DNA of 64,000 nucleotides from an uncultured delta proteobacterium (GTDB lineage Bacteria; Myxococcota; Myxococcia; Myxococcales; Myxococcaceae): NCBI GenBank assembly GCA_963771175.1, contig CAVYSY010000031.1, positions 1 to 64,000 of the forward strand, read 5' to 3'. Shown piece by piece: positions 61,139 to 64,000 of this stretch (position 1 is its first letter; each line of letters starts with the position of its first letter). The notes under the pieces were generated by a model. It saw only the letters and a program-made list of their open reading frames with translations, ran no database searches and was not told where the DNA came from. The position numbers and the translations under genes were made by a program.

Positions 61139-61457
61139 CTACAGGTCCGCGAGCCGCTCGTCGATCTCCTCGGCGAGGCTGGGGTGGCTCTGGGCGAGCG
61201 CCGTGGCGCGCGCCCGCGGTCGAGCACCTCGCGGGCGGCGTCCGTGCGCCCCGCGCCCACGTACGCATCCGCCCAGGGACTGACCATGGCGGCGGCGTAG
61301 GCTGGGGTCCAGGCGGACGGCGTGCTCGAAGCACTCGACCGCCTCGGCGTACTGCCCGGCGCTCGAGGTAGAGCTTGCCCAGGGAGAAGTGCGCCATGGG
61401 CGAGTCCGGGAACTCGGCCACCATCTGCTTGAACTGCTCCAGCCGGGCGTCGCTCAT
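61139..61457 (-). CDS. small TPR protein (frameshifted)
   Basis: MSDARLEQFKQMVAEFPDSPMAHFSLGKLYLE...ADAYVGAG...EEIDERLADL*. Confidence 0.7.
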
Positions 61458-61479
61458 GGTCCGGTGATAGAGGAGAGGC

Positions 61480-62748
61480 ATGTCCGTTGCCAAGGAAGAC
61501 GTGCGCTCCCTCGCCGAAGCCGCCCGGGCGGCCTCCCGCGTGCTCGCCACCGCGCCGACCAGCCAGAAGGATGCGGCCCTCCGGGCCATGGCCCGCCACC
61601 TGCGCGAGGCCCTCCCCTCCATTCTCGCCGCCAACGCCGAGGACATGGCCGCCGCGCGCGCCGCCGGCAAGGGCGAGCGCCTTCCTGGACCGGCTGCTGC
61701 TGGACGCCTCGCGGGTGGAGGGCATGGCCCGCGCGGTGGAGGCGGTGGCCGACCTGAAGGACCCGGTGGGCGAGCTGACGGAGGAGTGGGACCGCCCAAC
61801 GGCCTGCACGTGCGCAAGGTGCGGCTGCCGCTGGGGGTGGTGCTGATGATCTACGAGGCCCGGCCCAACGTGACGAGCGACGCGGCGGCGCTGTGCCTCA
61901 AGAGCGGCAACGCGGCGCTGCTGCGCGGGGGCAGCGAGGCGGCGCGCTCCAACGCGGCGATCGCCTCGGCGCTGGCGGCGGGCGTCACCGAGGCGGGGCT
62001 GCCGGCCGCGTGCATCCAGCCCGTGCCGCCGGGCGAGCGCGAGACGCTGCTGGAGCTGCTGAAGCTGGAGGGGCTGATCGACCTGTGCATTCCCCGGGGC
62101 GGCGAGGGCCTCATCCGCTTCGTGGCGGAGAACGCGCGGATTCCGGTGGTGAAGCACTACAAGGGCGTCTGCCACGTGTACGTGCACGCGGCGGCGGACC
62201 TGGACATGGCCACGCGCATCACCCTGAACGCCAAGACGAGCCGCCCGGGGGTGTGCAACGCCGCCGAGTGCCTGCTGGTGGACCGGACGGTGGCGGAGCG
62301 CTTCCTGCCCCAGGTGGGACGGGAGCTGGTGGCGAAGGGGGTGGAGCTGCGCGGCGACCCGGCCACGGTGGAGGTGCTGGGGCGCGCCGGGGTGCCGGTG
62401 ACGCCGGCCACCGAGGACGACTGGGGGCGGGAGTTCCTGGACCTCATCCTGGCGGTGCGGGTGGTGGACGGGCTGGACGAGGCGCTGGGGCACATCGCCC
62501 GGTACGGCAGCGAGCACACCGAGGCCATCGTCACCGGGGACGCGGCGGTGGCGGGGCGCTTCACCCGGGAGGCCCAGGCGAGCGCGGTGGTGTGGAACGC
62601 CTCCACCCGCTTCAATGACGGGGGCGAGCTGGGCCTGGGGGCGGAGATTGGGATTTCCACCAGCCGATTGCACGCTTTCGGGCCGATGGGCTTGCGAGAG
62701 TTGACGAGTCAGAAGTACGTCATCCACGGGAAGGGGCAGGTGCGCTAG
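61480..62748 (+). CDS. proA: gamma-glutamyl phosphate reductase (compensated frameshift ~61676-61795)
   Basis: [56 protein letters not shown]. Confidence 0.95.
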   Translation: MSVAKEDVRSLAEAARAASRVLATAPTSQKDAALRAMARHLREALPSILAANAEDMAAARAAGKGERLPGPAAAGRLAGGGHGPRGGGGGRPEGPGGRADGGVGPPNGLHVRKVRLPLGVVLMIYEARPNVTSDAAALCLKSGNAALLRGGSEAARSNAAIASALAAGVTEAGLPAACIQPVPPGERETLLELLKLEGLIDLCIPRGGEGLIRFVAENARIPVVKHYKGVCHVYVHAAADLDMATRITLNAKTSRPGVCNAAECLLVDRTVAERFLPQVGRELVAKGVELRGDPATVEVLGRAGVPVTPATEDDWGREFLDLILAVRVVDGLDEALGHIARYGSEHTEAIVTGDAAVAGRFTREAQASAVVWNASTRFNDGGELGLGAEIGISTSRLHAFGPMGLRELTSQKYVIHGKGQVR

Positions 62749-62767
62749 GGTGCCGCCCAGGAAACGT

Positions 62768-63331
62768 ATGGCGACCAAGAAGAAGACGGCGACGAAGAAG
62801 ACGGCGGCGAAGAAGACGGCGGCGAAGAAGAGCGCGACGAAGAAGAGCGCGACGAAGAAAGCGCCTGCCGCACGCAAGAAGCTGGTGACGAAGAAGACGG
62901 CGAAGAAGCTGCCCGCCCGCAAGAAGATCACCAAGAAGAAGGCGCTGGTCCCCTCGGGCCCGCCTGCCGCGGCTCCGGCGGAGAACCCACGAGCCCATGC
63001 ACTGGCGCGAAAGATCGCCAACCTGCTCTCGGACAAGAAGGGCCTGGACATCATCATCCTCGACGTGCGCGGGATGACGTCCTACGCGGACTACTTCGTG
63101 GTGGCCTCGGGCGAGAGCGATCGGCAGGTGTCGGCCATGGCCGAGCACGTGCTCACGAATCTCAAGCAGACGGAGGATCTGCGCCCCATCGGCCACGAGG
63201 GAATGGAGACGGGCCAGTGGGTGCTGCTGGACTTCGGCGAGGTGGTGGCGCACCTCTTCTTCACCGAGGCGCGCTCGCACTATGACCTCGAGGGCCTCTG
63301 GGCGGACGCTCCGCGGGAGAAGGTGGCCTGA
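62768..63331 (+). CDS. rsfS: ribosome silencing factor RsfS with Lys/Ala-rich N-terminal extension
   Basis: [41 protein letters not shown]. Confidence 0.93.
   Translation: MATKKKTATKKTAAKKTAAKKSATKKSATKKAPAARKKLVTKKTAKKLPARKKITKKKALVPSGPPAAAPAENPRAHALARKIANLLSDKKGLDIIILDVRGMTSYADYFVVASGESDRQVSAMAEHVLTNLKQTEDLRPIGHEGMETGQWVLLDFGEVVAHLFFTEARSHYDLEGLWADAPREKVA
62780..62854 (+). repeat. five tandem 15-bp units encoding KK(T/S)A(T/A)
   Basis: aagaagacggcgacg / aagaagacggcggcg x2 / aagaagagcgcgacg x2. Confidence 0.85.
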
Positions 63332-63792
63332 AGGTCCGCCTCCTCTCCATCGGCCGGGACCGTTCGGGCCTCTACGAGCCCGCGGTCCAGGAGTACGCCT
63401 CGCGCCTGGCCCACTACACCCGCTTCGAGCTGATTGAGCTGCCCGAGGCGGGTGGGAAGAAGGGCAAGGCCGTGGACGCCAAGAGCGCCGAGGCCGAGGC
63501 CATCCTCGCGCGCCGCAAGCCGCAGGACCTGCTGATGGCGCTCGACGAGCGGGGCAAGCTGCTGGACTCGGTGGAGTTCAGCCGCTACGTGGGCCGCGCC
63601 CAGGACGGCGCGAAGGACCTGCTGCTCGTCATCGGCGGGGACGAGGGGCTGGACGAGCGGGTGCGGCAGGCCGCCGACCTGACCCTCTCGCTGTCGAAGA
63701 TGACGCTGCCGCACCGGCTGGCGCGGGTGGTGCTGGTGGAGCAGCTCTACCGCGCCTTCACCATCCTCAAGGGCGAGCCGTACCACAAATAG
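63328..63792 (+). CDS. rlmH: 23S rRNA pseudouridine-1915 N3-methyltransferase (probable CTG start)
   Basis: (M)KVRLLSIG...LDERGK...IGGDEG...SLSKMTLPH...EQLYRA...PYHK. Confidence 0.93.
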   Translation: MKVRLLSIGRDRSGLYEPAVQEYASRLAHYTRFELIELPEAGGKKGKAVDAKSAEAEAILARRKPQDLLMALDERGKLLDSVEFSRYVGRAQDGAKDLLLVIGGDEGLDERVRQAADLTLSLSKMTLPHRLARVVLVEQLYRAFTILKGEPYHK

Positions 63793-63843
63793 GCGGCCCG
63801 GCGTCGCCGTCAGGCGGTGGACGCCAGGCGCGTCCGAGGGAGC

Positions 63844-64000
63844 ATGAATTCGCCCGCTCCCCACGTCCGTGTCATCGCCTCGCCCCAGTCATGGGTGGAG
63901 GGCGAAGCCATCCGCCAGCTCGAGGCCGCCTCCCGACTTCCCGGCATGCGCTCCGCGGTGGGCCTGCCCGACCTGCACCCAGGCAAGGGAGCACCGGTAG
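63844..64000 (+). CDS. RtcB-family RNA ligase-like protein, N-terminus (runs off window)
   Basis: WVEGEAIRQL...LPGMRSAVGLPDLHPGKGAPV. Confidence 0.8.
   Translation, partial: MNSPAPHVRVIASPQSWVEGEAIRQLEAASRLPGMRSAVGLPDLHPGKGAPV

Overview
High-GC myxobacterial chromosome segment (Archangium/Cystobacter-like gene content; taxonomy is inferred). Many genes, including housekeeping ones, carry 1-bp indels, densest at about 56-62 kb. These most likely are long-read or assembly errors. Core genes: miaE, pckG, OPT transporter, bioB-bioF-bioD with a BirA-type operator, radA, proA-rsfS-rlmH, a partial rtcB-like gene and several two-component genes. The most unusual locus is a tightly packed four-gene Pfa/iterative-PKS-like operon (9700-22072). 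Both ~1790-aa megasynthases begin with a Cys-less KS fused in front of an intact KS. Both clear carrier domains have Thr (GIDTVKQ) in place of the phosphopantetheine Ser, and no canonical Ser-ACP, ER or TE is visible. The operon encodes its own PPTase. Other notable items: a YopT/C58 cysteine protease ending in a eukaryotic CaaX box (CTLM); an ISL3 element in the exact centre of a 36-bp palindrome; a TetR-controlled, split rifamycin-phosphotransferase-like dikinase with an MFS pump; two putative toxin loci; an orphan degenerate CitX; and a dispersed twin-palindrome repeat.
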